This document shows positions 26,501-38,249 of a stretch of 64,000 nucleotides of DNA, in pieces. The stretch is from Octopus bimaculoides. Lineage: Eukaryota. A model generated the notes under the pieces. The model did not search any database and was not told where the DNA came from. It saw only the letters and a program-made list of their open reading frames with translations. The translations under genes were made by a program, and so were the position numbers. The DNA is taken from NCBI RefSeq assembly GCF_001194135.2, contig NC_068985.1, positions 61,210,244-61,274,243 of the forward strand, written 5' to 3'. The first letter of the stretch is position 1. The number at the start of each line of letters is the position of its first letter.

Positions 26501-27262
26501 GCACTTGTTCTCCGTCAACTTTTGTAAGTATTATTTTGCCAGACACAGAGAATAAGTTGAGGCAGCAGTAATATTCCTCTCTACCTTGTCGCCCCACCGA
26601 CTGCAGCGATGAGTCAGTTTCTAAAAGTTTTCAATGTCCAGTGCCGTTTTGACGGTGCTGGAGAAGAAAGGAAAGAGTAAGCCAGACAGAACAGACACCA
26701 CTCTAACTGGCTGCTTCTCTTTTCACTTCTCCTTCCATCTCGAATGAAGTTATAAATTTTTTTTTTTAACTCTGTTTGTTCCACTTTAGAGGCGTAGAAA
26801 TGAAAGAAAACCCCTTCACTGTCACTGATAAAGCACCTCGCCTGATTTAGTCGATGTAGAAAGAGTGGAGTAGGGATAAAAATGTTGCTACGTTCAAATT
26901 TAGTGTTTGCTTATACATACATAAACACACACAAACACGTGTGTGCGCGGTAAAAAAGACAAGTCATAGAGTTTACTAGAAATAGATTGTATATAACCTC
27001 TTATCCGAACTTGCTTATAATTGCTAGAGTCCTCTTCCTCTACCTGCTACCGTGATCACTATATTCCACGCCTTACTAATATTAATACCCCAGTATTTTC
27101 TCCTGAACTTCAACTTCCAAACAGCTCCCATTATAGTTATCCGAGACTCAGCTCTTGTATTCCATCTATTATCAAGGAAACGACTTCTCAGTCTATTATC
27201 ATCATCTCCGCCTTACCTTCCACATATCATCAGTTCATTAGAGAAAGTAACGATGAATGAAA

Positions 27263-27302
<40 letters not shown>

Positions 27303-29009
27303 CACTTCACTGTTAGCTATCATAACTAAATAGATAAATTGATCACTTGACAACAACTCAGATGTAAGTCAAACCTTTTGTTCTAAAGTAAGACCAGCGG
27401 AAAGTAGGAAGAAAAGCCGGTCAACTTGATGTCATGTTTTAGCATAGAAGCCCCAAACAAAGTCTGTATAAATACACACACATACTCTCTCTTTCTCTCT
27501 CTCTCTCTCTTTCTTCAATGATACCAGTACGTTTAGATTTCCCCTGTAAATGTGCCATCGCTTTCTTTCCTCTCAATTTTTCTCTTCTGACATTGTCTTT
27601 TCCCCTTTCAATTTATCCAAAAAAGAGGATTAATCCACAAGAGTCACGATCTTTCTCTCCCTCTCGCTTTCTCGATCTCAAAAAAAAAAAAACTGACAAT
27701 TTCAGTAAGGGGTATAACGAAATGAATATTTCGTGTAATTATGCTAAAAATGACAATAAGCATATATTAAAAACACATGTTTATATGTGATATTCCATTT
27801 TCTGAATATATAAAATATATTTTGGTAACTCAGTCCATCCGCATAAGTATCTCTGTAATGACGGAAAACTTTATTAGTTGATTTTAAATTACTGTTAATT
27901 TTTTCTTCCTTCTCAAACAACATTAGTAGAAACATTCTGATTCCTTCGAGAAATTTAACCAATTTAACATATACTTTTATGTTTTGATTAAATTTCCCAG
28001 AATTAAAAATAAAGATTAAAAAAGAAATGTTTTTGTTTATTTCAGAGCTGTATTTGTTTGAGTTGATCTAAAGCCGTGTGTTTAAATCTAAAAGAAATAT
28101 CGCAGAAAAGTAATTTTAGTCATTTAACAATGCAAGAACACTAGAAAGGTGAATGTAGCAGTTTTTTGTCTGTTTTGAAATTACTAGAATAACTCTTCCA
28201 CGATGTTGTTATCTAATAACAAATAATTAAGTCATTGTCCGGTTTATATTTATACCAATTGTATGAAATAGATGATGATAGCTCTTACTATAATATATAA
28301 TGCTTCTCCAATGTAAGTTAAGCCTTAAGCTAAAGGACCTTGAAAACTTGCAAATTAGTTATTCATTAAGATATATGTTGTGACATTACATATCTTTTTA
28401 GACAGAACATGTAAAAGAAAACAGTAGAGTCCAAAGAAAGTGGAAGCTTACTCATATCCTAGTCTCCATTTCATTAAGCAATTATGTGTTCTATCTTGTC
28501 GAGATAGTCTATTACAAGTTTCTTACATAGTCTATTACAAGTTTCTCATGATACATTTCAAGAGGTTTTCAACACTTTCCAGATATCACTTGTATGAATG
28601 AGATTCTGGACGGTTAGCCTGGAATTGTTTTCCATTCATCATCATCATCGTAATCAAAACTATCATTATCATCAGTTTGTCTACATTTCTATGCTTGCAT
28701 GGGTCAGATGGAATTCATTGACACAGATTTTCTACAGCCAGATGCTCTTTCTATTGCCAACATTTAGGTGTATGAGAGAGGCATGATTTTATGCCTGGGT
28801 GAGTATGTTTGTATGTGCATAGATAGATAGAGAGAGAGAGAGAGAAACAGAAGAAAGAAACAGAGTGAGAGTGTCTAGGTTAGGTTTCCTTCCTATTGTA
28901 CCTAGTTTATGATTGAGTAAATAGCTGTTTGCAAGGTAATCAACTCTAACAAAAAAGTTTAGAATAGTAAATGAAAATGTCTCAAAATGCAAAGTCGCTT
29001 GTCATTTTA

Positions 29010-29582
29010 AAAAGTGACTGTAACTGCAATAAAAGTTAGTTAGCCAGCTGGATTAGAACAAAATAGATGGTAAGACTGCAATAAAAGTTAGCCAGATGAA
29101 TTAGCTAACAATCAATGCTAGCTTGGCAATAAAAGTTAGTTAGCCAGGTGAATTAGACCAGAGTAGCTATAACACTGGAATAAATGTTAGTTAGCAACTT
29201 GAATTAGGACAAAGAGCTGTAACACAACAATAAAAGTTGGTTATCCAGGTGAACTGGCACAAAGAGGATGTGAAACAGCACTGAGAGTTCATTAGAACAG
29301 TGATATAACACAAAGGGAATGGCAACACAGCAATAAATGTTGGTTAACCAGGTGAATTATAGCTGTGTTATGCATTTTTACTAATTCACCTGGCTAACTA
29401 AATGTTCATTGCTGTGTTACAGATACTATGTTCTAATTCACCTTGATAACAAACATTTATTGCTGTGTTGCCATTCATTTTGTGCCAAATCACCATTGTA
29501 ACTAACTCTTACTACTGTTTCACAGCCACTTTGTGCCAATTCACCTTGATAACCAACTTTTACTGCTGTTACAGACAGTTTT
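29010..29582. repeat. Fold-back array of ~50-bp tandem units (direct copies, then inverted copies)
   Basis: Unit ~GCAATAAAAGTTAGTTAGCCAGGTGAATTAG occurs ~6-7 times on + (29010-29365) and ~4 times on - (29380-29582). Confidence 0.8.
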
Positions 29583-29849
29583 GGAAGACAACCAGAAGGG
29601 ATTTTTTTATATTCTCCTCTAATATTCCAGTATATATATATTTACTGTTACAGACTATTCCTTTAACAGTTGATTGCTTTCTAACTACTACCTACTCAAC
29701 CATAAACTAGAGATGGAACATGTTTTGGCAATGAGAAACAAAGTAAACATAGTAGACTTGGCTGTCTTACCTTGAGACTCTCTCATTCTCTTGCTTTCTG
29801 TCTTTCTACCCCACCACACACACAAGCATACATAGGTGTATATGTACAT

Positions 29850-30507
29850 CAGTTAGCATTCGTTGGTTTCAAGAGACCATGAATCTGCACCCAGACAAAT
29901 TGTGTCAGCTGCTGGTGGTGGTGCAGTGGCTGTACAGGTCCATATGGGAGTGGCAGTCATGCATACAGCGACTGCATTTGAAGAAGCTCTTTACCAGTGC
30001 TACTGGTTTTTCCTTTTGTCAAGTGCGGTTTCCTTTGGTGGCAAGTTCCTGTTTCTCTTACCCTCACTTTATCTCCTTTCTCAGTATTTGTCTCCAGCAT
30101 GGGTGATCATTTGCAACTTCCTCCCATCTCAGAATGCTCGGATCTATTGACATCATACCTCTCTGGTAGATGTCTTTGAAATGAAGATGAGGTCATCCTC
30201 ATGCTCTTGTGCCTGTGGCCATTTCCTCAAACAGGAGGTCTTTTGGGATCCTCCAATCTGGCATGTGATATGCATGACTGAACCAGTGCAGACAGTGTAG
30301 AGTGAATATACTGGTAATGTTGACACAGCTGACGACTTTGGTGTTGGTGATGCAGTTGACCCAGTTGATATCCAAGATGTATCTCAAATTACAAAGGAGG
30401 AAGGTGTTGAGATGCCGCTCCTGTCTGGAGTGGAGATTCCATGTCTCACTGCCACAAAGTAGTGTACTGAGGATGCATATCTTATTGACATTATATGTAT
30501 GTACACC

Positions 30508-30538
<31 letters not shown>

Positions 30539-30670
30539 TTGTGTGTGTGTATATGTATGTATGTATGTGTGTGTTCATTAAATTTCCAGGATCTGATAGA
30601 ATCAGAGTATTTAAATTGTAAAGGCACCAAGTTAGAGTCAGGGATAGCACACCTGTGCACTAACAATGTG
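29850..30670 (-). mobile_element. RTE-BovB-like LINE 3' fragment split by a microsatellite
   Basis: ILSTLLCGSETWNLHSRQERHLNTF...LHWFSHAYHMPDWRIPKDLLFEEMATG; C-terminal zinc finger FKCSRCMHDCHSHMDLYSHC; (TA/TG)n inside at ~30485-30575. Confidence 0.85.
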
Positions 30671-30739
30671 TAAGGACATACATGTACTCACTAAAGTAAA
30701 TATGAATTTGTCCCTCCAGTTATGCACACATTTGCCTGA

Positions 30740-31141
30740 CCAAATACATCTTTATTACACCTCCAAGACGATTCCCCAGTTCACAATGCGCATGTTGCCC
30801 AGATGAAAGCACACTCTTGCAACTATGAAATCCTTCCTCTTCCCCCTTACTCTCCCAACCTCGCACCATCTGACTTCCACCTCTTTCCAACCATGAAGTC
30901 TATTTTGAAGGGGAAGCCCTTATTGGATGATGATGAACTTATTTCCAAGGTAAAGTCTTGGCTCTAGATGCATCCTACTGAGTTCTACATACAAAGTCTT
31001 CACAACTGCATAAAGCGATGGGAGAAGCACGTCACCATTGGTGGTGGCTATGTAGAAAAGGTCTACTAATTATGCCAAGTTTTCACTTATCCTAATCCTT
31101 AGGAAGTGAGTCAGGGGAAATCTTTAATTAACACCCCTCAT
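30740..31141 (+). mobile_element. Mariner (DD34D) transposase C-terminal remnant with right end
   Basis: 30761-31069 reads LQDDSPVH...PPYSPNLAPSDFHLFP...KRWEKHVTIGGGYVEK* with one internal stop; ends ...TTAATTAACACCCCTCATA. Confidence 0.85.
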
Positions 31142-31365
31142 ATATATAGTTTGAAATAGCGCTCACTATTCACTTTCTCAGCTGTAACTAAGATGGACGG
31201 GTCAATATGCATTATCTTCTATTTATGTGAAGAATCCTAAGTGTTAAATTTTATTCTTAATTCACCAGAAGGAAACGGTTTTTTTACATGATGTAATCGT
31301 TTTATTCATCAATAAAGAACATACCTGAAATGGTTGCAGTGAACCTCAACCCATCTGTGTTATTG

Positions 31366-31409
<44 letters not shown>

Positions 31410-31542
31410 TATACTTTTATATACACGCACACACATGCACACATACACATATACATACATACATCTACTCATGTTTGCTACTCTCTTTTTTTCGTATAAG
31501 TCTAAGCCCCTCTTCTACTGGTGATAAGGTCAGACAATTGTT

Positions 31543-31581
31543 TTGCTGATGATGGCTATTGAGCTAGAAACATGTGTCCAA
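31543..31581 (+). ncRNA. Minimal type I hammerhead ribozyme (intact core, GUC triplet)
   Basis: TTG-CTGATGA-TGGCT-ATTG-AGCTA-GAAA-CATGTG-TC-CAA; all three helices can pair. Confidence 0.7.
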
Positions 31582-31789
31582 CACTGTCCTCTTACCTCCA
31601 GACAAGAAGCCTGTCCATTCCCTTAATTGCATATCAAATTTGGGGAATACTTGAATCTTGAGATTATTGCCCCTTCAGAAGGTGTTAATTGTTGTTTGGT
31701 AACTGTAATGTTCTAAAGGTGAAGATAATTTAATAAGTCAAGAATTTATGTTGTATTGTATTTGATATACCTGTTCAAATACATATCAC

Positions 31790-32750
31790 ACACCAGATCA
31801 TCATTTGACATCCATGTTCCATGCTGGCATAGGTTGGATGGTTTGACATGATCTGATGCATCCAAGGACTGCATTCAGCTCCAGTGTCTGCCTTGGCATG
31901 GTTATTATGGCTGAATGCCTTTCCTGATGCCAACCACTTCACAGTGTCGACTGGATGCTTTTTCAAGACACCACACTATTGAGGTCATCATGCAGCTGAC
32001 ATGACTATGAATGCTGGGAAGGTGGGGGAACGACAGCATCACACAAGGTGGGTGGTAGAGCAGGTTCCTGTGAGGGATCTGCATAGCTACTCACAAATAG
32101 AGGAAAGCATTGGGGTGGGGAGAGAAATTATCAGTAATAGCTGCAAGAGATAGGTAATGGTGACTCCACAAGCTGAGTACAAGTGAGTGGGGGTTTTCAA
32201 GATTAAATGGGAAGGAGAATGAGGGGTGATGAGACAGACTGTCAAAATGGGTCAGGTCGAAAGGTGAATGATACAAGAACCATGAGCTGGGGAAGATAGG
32301 GGGATGGAGAAGAGTGGGAGAAGTAAGCAGCAGGAGCAATAAAGATAATACAGTTCCTGGAGATAGGAAGAAGAGTGAGATATGACATGGCTAGGTAGTA
32401 AGAAGGAATCAGGTGAGACAGAAAATGCAGGCATAATGCATGAGTGGGGGAATCACTGTAATGAGTGGAGAACCTGAAACAAAGCATTTCCAGAACTCAG
32501 ATTCACTGAGGAGGACAAGTTTTTATGAAAATCTCATATTGCCAGAGATCCTGGTCCTTTGTCATCTCATCCATCAAGTTCAGGGTCCTTAGATCAGTCT
32601 TCACCACTTCATCTTATGTCTTCCTGGGTCTCCCTCCTGCAAATTCCAGCCACATTAAGCAAATGGCACTTCTTTATAAAGTTGTCCTCATCCACAGGCA
32701 TCACATGTCCATACAAGCACAATCTTTTCTTGAACACAATAGCTGATTCA
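31790..32750 (-). mobile_element. Diverged RTE LINE 3' end with long 3'UTR
   Basis: 32520-32750 translates CLYGHVMPVDEDNFIKKCHLLNVAG...EVVKTDLRTL; the UTR (purine-rich on +) recurs at 35430-36230 and 38830-39660. Confidence 0.75.
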
Positions 32751-33226
32751 TACACACACACAAACACACACACACACACACACGCACACACACACACACA
32801 CATGCACATGTATACATGTATGAAAAAGCAAAAGAAAGGAAGTACATTTGAAACATTTGCTTAAAGATGGCAGACATTTAACATCATTTATCTCAACTTC
32901 ATGTAACTTAATGGTTTTTGACACTGCCCAGGTGTCAAAACCATAGTGTTATCCATGAAGTAACTGATGATGGAGGTTTGTTGGATTATTGGTATGGCTG
33001 TTATTGTGTGGAATAGTATTATGACACATCCATTTGGGGGCTGGCCACATTGGAGCAATCTTGAGTATAATTTCCGAAATTGCAAAGATAATCTGGAACT
33101 CGACTGAGGAAAGAAAACACCAAATGACCTGGCCTTGTTTTCGTTGTACTGTCTGACTGGATGTTTTGTTGTCCTTTTTTGTATTACCTAACTGTCTGGA
33201 TGTTTTGCATTCTTGCCCCATTTTCG

Positions 33227-33291
<65 letters not shown>

Positions 33292-33634
33292 GTCAATTTG
33301 AGGAAGTTAGATCCACATTAGGGATTATATAATCAAAACAACTCCACTGGTAAATCACTATCATATAATGAGAAAGTCTGTGCAATATGTTAGGGATTAT
33401 TGTAGTAATACATATTTTTAATACTGAAAGAAAGAAAATGGAGAAAGATGGATGTATATATATATACATACAGATATATATATAGAGAGAGAGGTTATGA
33501 GCAGTAGTGGTGTCAATTAGACCCAGAGGTTTCAGGTAATGCAGAGTAAGTGCTATGAACAGACCATAGTTAAGCTCCAGGTTTGGTGATTATGTGAATA
33601 AGGGGTCCAACACAGGTCATATATCAGCGTGTGA

Positions 33635-33755
33635 ATATAAGGATGTACTTTTCGTAATGAGATAAAAAACCAAGGCTATGTATATCTTAGAACATGTTCT
33701 AAAATATACACAGCCTTGGTTTTTTTATCTCATTACGAAAAGTAAATCCTTACAT
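33635..33755. repeat. Near-perfect ~120-bp palindrome (MITE-like hairpin)
   Basis: TAAGGATGTACTTTTCGTAATGAGATAAAAAACCAAGGCT...AGAACATGTTCT...AGCCTTGGTTTTTTTATCTCATTACGAAAAGTAAATCCTTA; essentially no loop. Confidence 0.9.
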
Positions 33756-33774
33756 ATATCTATATATACATATA

Positions 33775-34098
33775 CATCATCATCATCATCATCATCGTTT
33801 AACGTCCGCTTTCCATGCTAGCATGGGTTGGACGATTTGACTGAGGACTGGTGAAACCGGATGGCAACACCAGGCTCCAGTCTAATTTGGCAGAGTTTCT
33901 ACAGCTGGATGCCCTTCCTAATGCCAACCACTCAGAGAGTGTAGTGGGTGCTTTTACGTGTCACCCGCACGAAAACGGCCACGCTCGAAATGGTGTCTTT
34001 TATGTGCCACCCGCACAAGCCAGTCCAGGGGCACTGGCAACGATCTCGCTCGAAAATCCTACGGGAGCCAGTCAGGCGGTACTGGCAACGGCCACGCG
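33775..34098 (-). mobile_element. 5'-truncated RTE LINE 3'UTR
   Basis: Nearly identical to the reverse complement of 16140-16457. Confidence 0.9.
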
Positions 34099-34149
34099 AT
34101 GATGATGATATGTATATATATATATATATATATATACATAAATATCATG

Positions 34150-35291
34150 ATGAGAATAAGTGTTCAACACCACATTGGTGGATAAGATTTCTTTATTTGT
34201 GTATTAAGGCTACCATTGGTTTCATGTTAAGAAAAATATCTTAATATTTTAACAATTTTTCAGGCCAATCACATGGAGGAATGGTGTTTGTCTCCATTTT
34301 GGATGAAAACACACCCAAAACGATTCCTTCATGTGATTGGCTTGAAAAATTGTTAATTGTTAAGATATTAGGGGATCTTTTTCCTTTGAACTGCTGATCG
34401 AGAAATTAATTTTTTGTAACTAAACATTTTCAAACTTCGGACACTGGTATAATGTGTCATATAAAACATCTTTTACTCTTAGTGTGGTTGAGAAAAGTTT
34501 ATATTTTCAAAGTTATTTCGTGTTAAAGTAGTCGTATTTCGGTAATTTCAACCAATCAATGATGTGTATTCAGCTGAATTAAATTACTGCTGTTGTTTGT
34601 CAACAACAACTATCGGCAGTGTATATTTCGTTTGTCACTGTTATTTATGACATCGTTCGTGCGTTTGTACTGGTTTTAGCTTTAGGGTTTTAGGGTTAGG
34701 TTTAGAGTTTTAGGGTTGGGATTTTAGGGTTAGAGTTACAGAAAAAGTGAAAAATGAAGAAATTGGAAGGGGAGTGGGGTGCAAAAAAGTCTTTCCGAAA
34801 ATAGTAGCTGAAAAACAGGAAAAAAAAACTAAAAGCAGTAGAAATGCATGAATGATTGTAGTGGTGCCATGAAGTAAACATGCTTCAAGATACACTCGTT
34901 TATTCATACAAACGTAACTGAGATGAAATACATCATAAATTACAGTGAAAAACGAAATAGACACTGCCAGAAGTTGTTGACAGACCAACAGCAGTAAATT
35001 TTTTCAGCTGAATACATGTCATTGGTTGAAATTACCGAAATATGACAACTTCAACACGAAATAACTTTGAAAATACAAACTTTTTTCAACAACACTAAGA
35101 GTAAAAGATGTTTTATATGACACATTCTACCAGTGTCCGAAGTTTGAAAGTGTTTAGTTACAAAAAATTAATTTTTCGATCTGCTCTTCAAAGGGTAAAG
35201 TTCCAGATATAATATCTGGATCTTGGATCCAGATATAATATCTAAATATTTTTCTTAACATGAAACCAATGGTAGACTTAATACACAAATA
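34150..35291. repeat. Palindromic MITE-like element (family also at 18437-18548 and 60015-61897), interrupted by a fold-back insertion
   Basis: 34194-34239 is the reverse complement of 35246-35291 (1 mismatch); inner hairpin at 34249-34356. Removing ~34370-35245 restores a single palindrome. Confidence 0.75.
34373..35204. mobile_element. Non-autonomous long-TIR (fold-back) element with telomere-like core
   Basis: ~275-bp inverted arms at 34373-34650 and 34934-35204; TTAGGG/TTTTAGGG variants at 34674-34737. Confidence 0.8.
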
Positions 35292-35336
<45 letters not shown>

Positions 35337-35429
35337 GCAAACAGCCAGGTCACCTTAACAGCATTTTCTACCCCCATCCACCCATCAAAGCAATGTTCTG
35401 AGCACCTCCATATTCAACCACAGCCATAT

Positions 35430-36230
35430 CATCATCATCATTTAGTGTTCATGTTCAATGCAGGCATGGGTTGGACAATTTGCCAGGATCTGATGTGTCC
35501 AAGGACTGCATTGTGATCCAGTGTTTACTTTGTAATGGTTTCTGCAGCTGGATGCCCTTCCTAACACTTTACAGCATGGGCTGGGTGCTTCTTTTGTTCC
35601 ACCTGCACAACTGAGGTTTCCATGCTGCTTAAAGAACTACAAGCCTGGGGTAGGGAGTCATCTTCACGCTGGTGGGTGAGGGGATTGAACTATGAGATGG
35701 TGGACGTATGGTGTAGGTTATTGTAAAGGATCTACATGGCTACTTACTCACATCTAGTAGAGGAAGGGGAGAGAAAGAATAATTGAGATGCCTCAATGGC
35801 CTGACAAGGCACAAGGTGAGTTAAAGGATCAGTTTGCAAGATTGTATGGGAAGAAGACAGAGAGAATGAAGGGGCACACTGTCAGAATGGGTAGGGTTGA
35901 AGAGTAAATGTGCAAGGAATCATATGTGATGGTAGAGATAGAGAGATGCAGAAGAGGGTAGTGGGGAAAACAGTAGAAGTAGCAAAGATGATACAGTTGT
36001 CAGTGGGTGGGGATGACAAGATTGGAAGCCTGCTGGAGACAAATAGGGCAGAGAGAATAGGAAGACATAGTGCATGATATGAGAGATGAATCACTGCAAT
36101 GTGAGTGAAGAGTACATTTCATAGCACTTACAAAACTCAGCTTTGTTGATGAGGGAAGGTCTTTTCAAGAACCTCGTATCACTGGAGTTCCTGGCCCTTT
36201 GTCTTAGATTGATATTGGGCCCCTAGAGTC
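35430..36230 (-). mobile_element. Diverged RTE LINE long 3'UTR copy
   Basis: Collinear with 31790-32560: (CAT)n tail, CATGGGTTGGAC, GCTGGATGCCCTTCCTAAC. Confidence 0.65.
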
Positions 36231-36489
36231 ATGGGGTCTTGGGTATCTACCCAGTGGCCCATATCTTAAGATATCTCAGTATATAGATACATAGATTTTC
36301 TGCTTGGACTCTGAAAGATTGCCAACATCAACTTGCACACATGCCCCTTCCCCAGCAAATTTCTGGAGGAAGTAGTTACATACCAGCTATATATCTGAGT
36401 ATGTTCAAGTCCAGTCATCCCAAATTTTAAAAATGAAAATATGTTGCTCACTGTAAAAATAGCAACTATTTCACTTACCTCTCATATCA

Positions 36490-36720
36490 TATTAAAGTAT
36501 TTGAGTGGATGGTGACATCAAGAATAATTGACTTCTTAGAGATCAACAATCCCCTACTGGCTAACCAAAATGATTTTTGTAGTGGTAGAGACTGCATTAT
36601 ATAGCTTCTATACTACTTAGATGACATTTTAAATTAACTAGAGGTACAAGTAGCAAATGTTTTATTTGCTGATTATACACGAGAATGTGTGCTGTGGATA
36701 AAGGATTTAGTGTCCATAGC
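36490..36720 (+). mobile_element. CR1-like LINE RT fragment
   Basis: FEWMVTSRIIDFLEINNPLLANQNDFCSGRDC resembles the CR1 'LLxxQHGFRxGRxC' region. Confidence 0.6.
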
Positions 36721-37221
36721 AAATAAAGCATAACAACCCAGAAGCATGCATCTTACAGTTCAATGATATTATTCATGGCTCAGGGTTGTTTATCAAACAC
36801 ATTGTCTATAGAAAGAATTTCTCTCTCAAAACAATTTCCACAGCAAATGTCTTTCTGTTAGAGTGTATACAAAGTTGTTAAATATAATTGTACATATCTG
36901 TATTTTAAACACTGTATGCTCCTGATTAAATAATTCCAGCTTGACAAAGCTTTGCACACATCAGAATATCTGTTTGATGGTTAAATATGAGAATGGCAGT
37001 TCTTAGTGGGCTATGTAAAACAGATTTGGTTGATGAAGCATAACAAGTGTCCAATAGTCCAATGATTTCATTCATAGTCCAGTAATGTTGTTTATCATAC
37101 AGATTGTCTATAAGGAGGATTTCTCTCTCAAGACTGTTTTTGCTGAAGAAGTCTTACTATGTCTAAGTGAACACAAATGTGCTAAATATAATTGAACATG
37201 CCTCTATGGCATTTCAATGAA

Positions 37222-37470
37222 GGTACATGGCCTAATGGTTAGGGGGTTGCACTCCTGATTGCTGGCTAGAATGTGAGTTCGATTTTCAGACAAGGCAGCA
37301 CATTATGTTCTTGAGTAAAACATCATTTCACATTGCTCCAGTCCCCCTTTTGTTCAGTGGGGAATGTTGGCCTCCTCACCTAGCCAACGGTGTGACATCA
37401 TTCAAAGGCGAAAATTATGCAAAGCACATTGTGATCAACGATGTGTAACAACATATGATAGTCATGAGAT
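37222..37470 (+). mobile_element. tRNA-derived SINE (different family)
   Basis: A-box TGGCCTAATGGTTAGG, B-box GAGTTCGATT, central TGTTCTTGAGTAAAAC...CACATTGCTCCAGTCC. Confidence 0.6.
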
Positions 37471-37474
37471 ACTA

Positions 37475-37800
37475 CATTTCAAATATTTTAGGGAGTACTC
37501 CAACATTGATGTCATATACCTTGACTTCAGTAAACCCTCTGTCAGAATCAACCACTGCATACTACCAAAAACAAAAAGATGTCCAATACTGGTGTTTGTG
37601 GAAAGTCCCTGTGACAGACTAAATGTTTCCTGGTAAACAGAATCGAACATATGATTGACAAAATCCATGTCAGCCCAGTGAGTTGAATTTCGATGTCTTT
37701 TCTTCATTATTTATATAAATGACATTACGAATGCCATCAATAAATATTTTTGCAAGCGTTTCTCAACATCAGATCCTCAAATGGTGACCAGACTTGAGCT
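37475..37800 (+). mobile_element. CR1-like LINE RT fragment
   Basis: EYSNIDVIYLDFSKPSVRINHCIL matches the RT motif DVIYLDFSKAFD. Confidence 0.65.
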
Positions 37801-38249
37801 CATCCACTTTGGAATAATAAAATGCATCTAAACAGATATAGTCCCTTCCCTTGGGAGAAATTCTCATAGTGACTAATATTATCAAAAACTTTAGATGTAA
37901 CTGGTGACAACAACCAAAGCAGGAACACTCATATCATCTATAACCTGCAGGATGTGCATCTAGATCCTTACAATTTCTCATTATAGAGATTTAGAAGCCA
38001 TTATCCTTCTCTACACAAGCTTACAAGTCATCATCATTGTTTTGACATCCACTTTTCCATGCTTGTATGGGTAAGATGGAATATGTTGAGGCAGATTTTC
38101 TACTACCAGATGTCCCCCCTGTTACCAACTATCAAGCAGTATTTCTCCATGGCCAGACATATTTTCACAGACTAGTGGGTATGGACGACACTGCTTGTAT
38201 AACAGTGACACTCATTTATAACTATCATGCGATGTCAAGATATGAAGAC

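Noticed and set aside
29010-29582. CRISPR-like repeat-spacer appearance
   Set aside because: Units are variable, spacers resemble each other, the context is eukaryotic and there are no cas genes.
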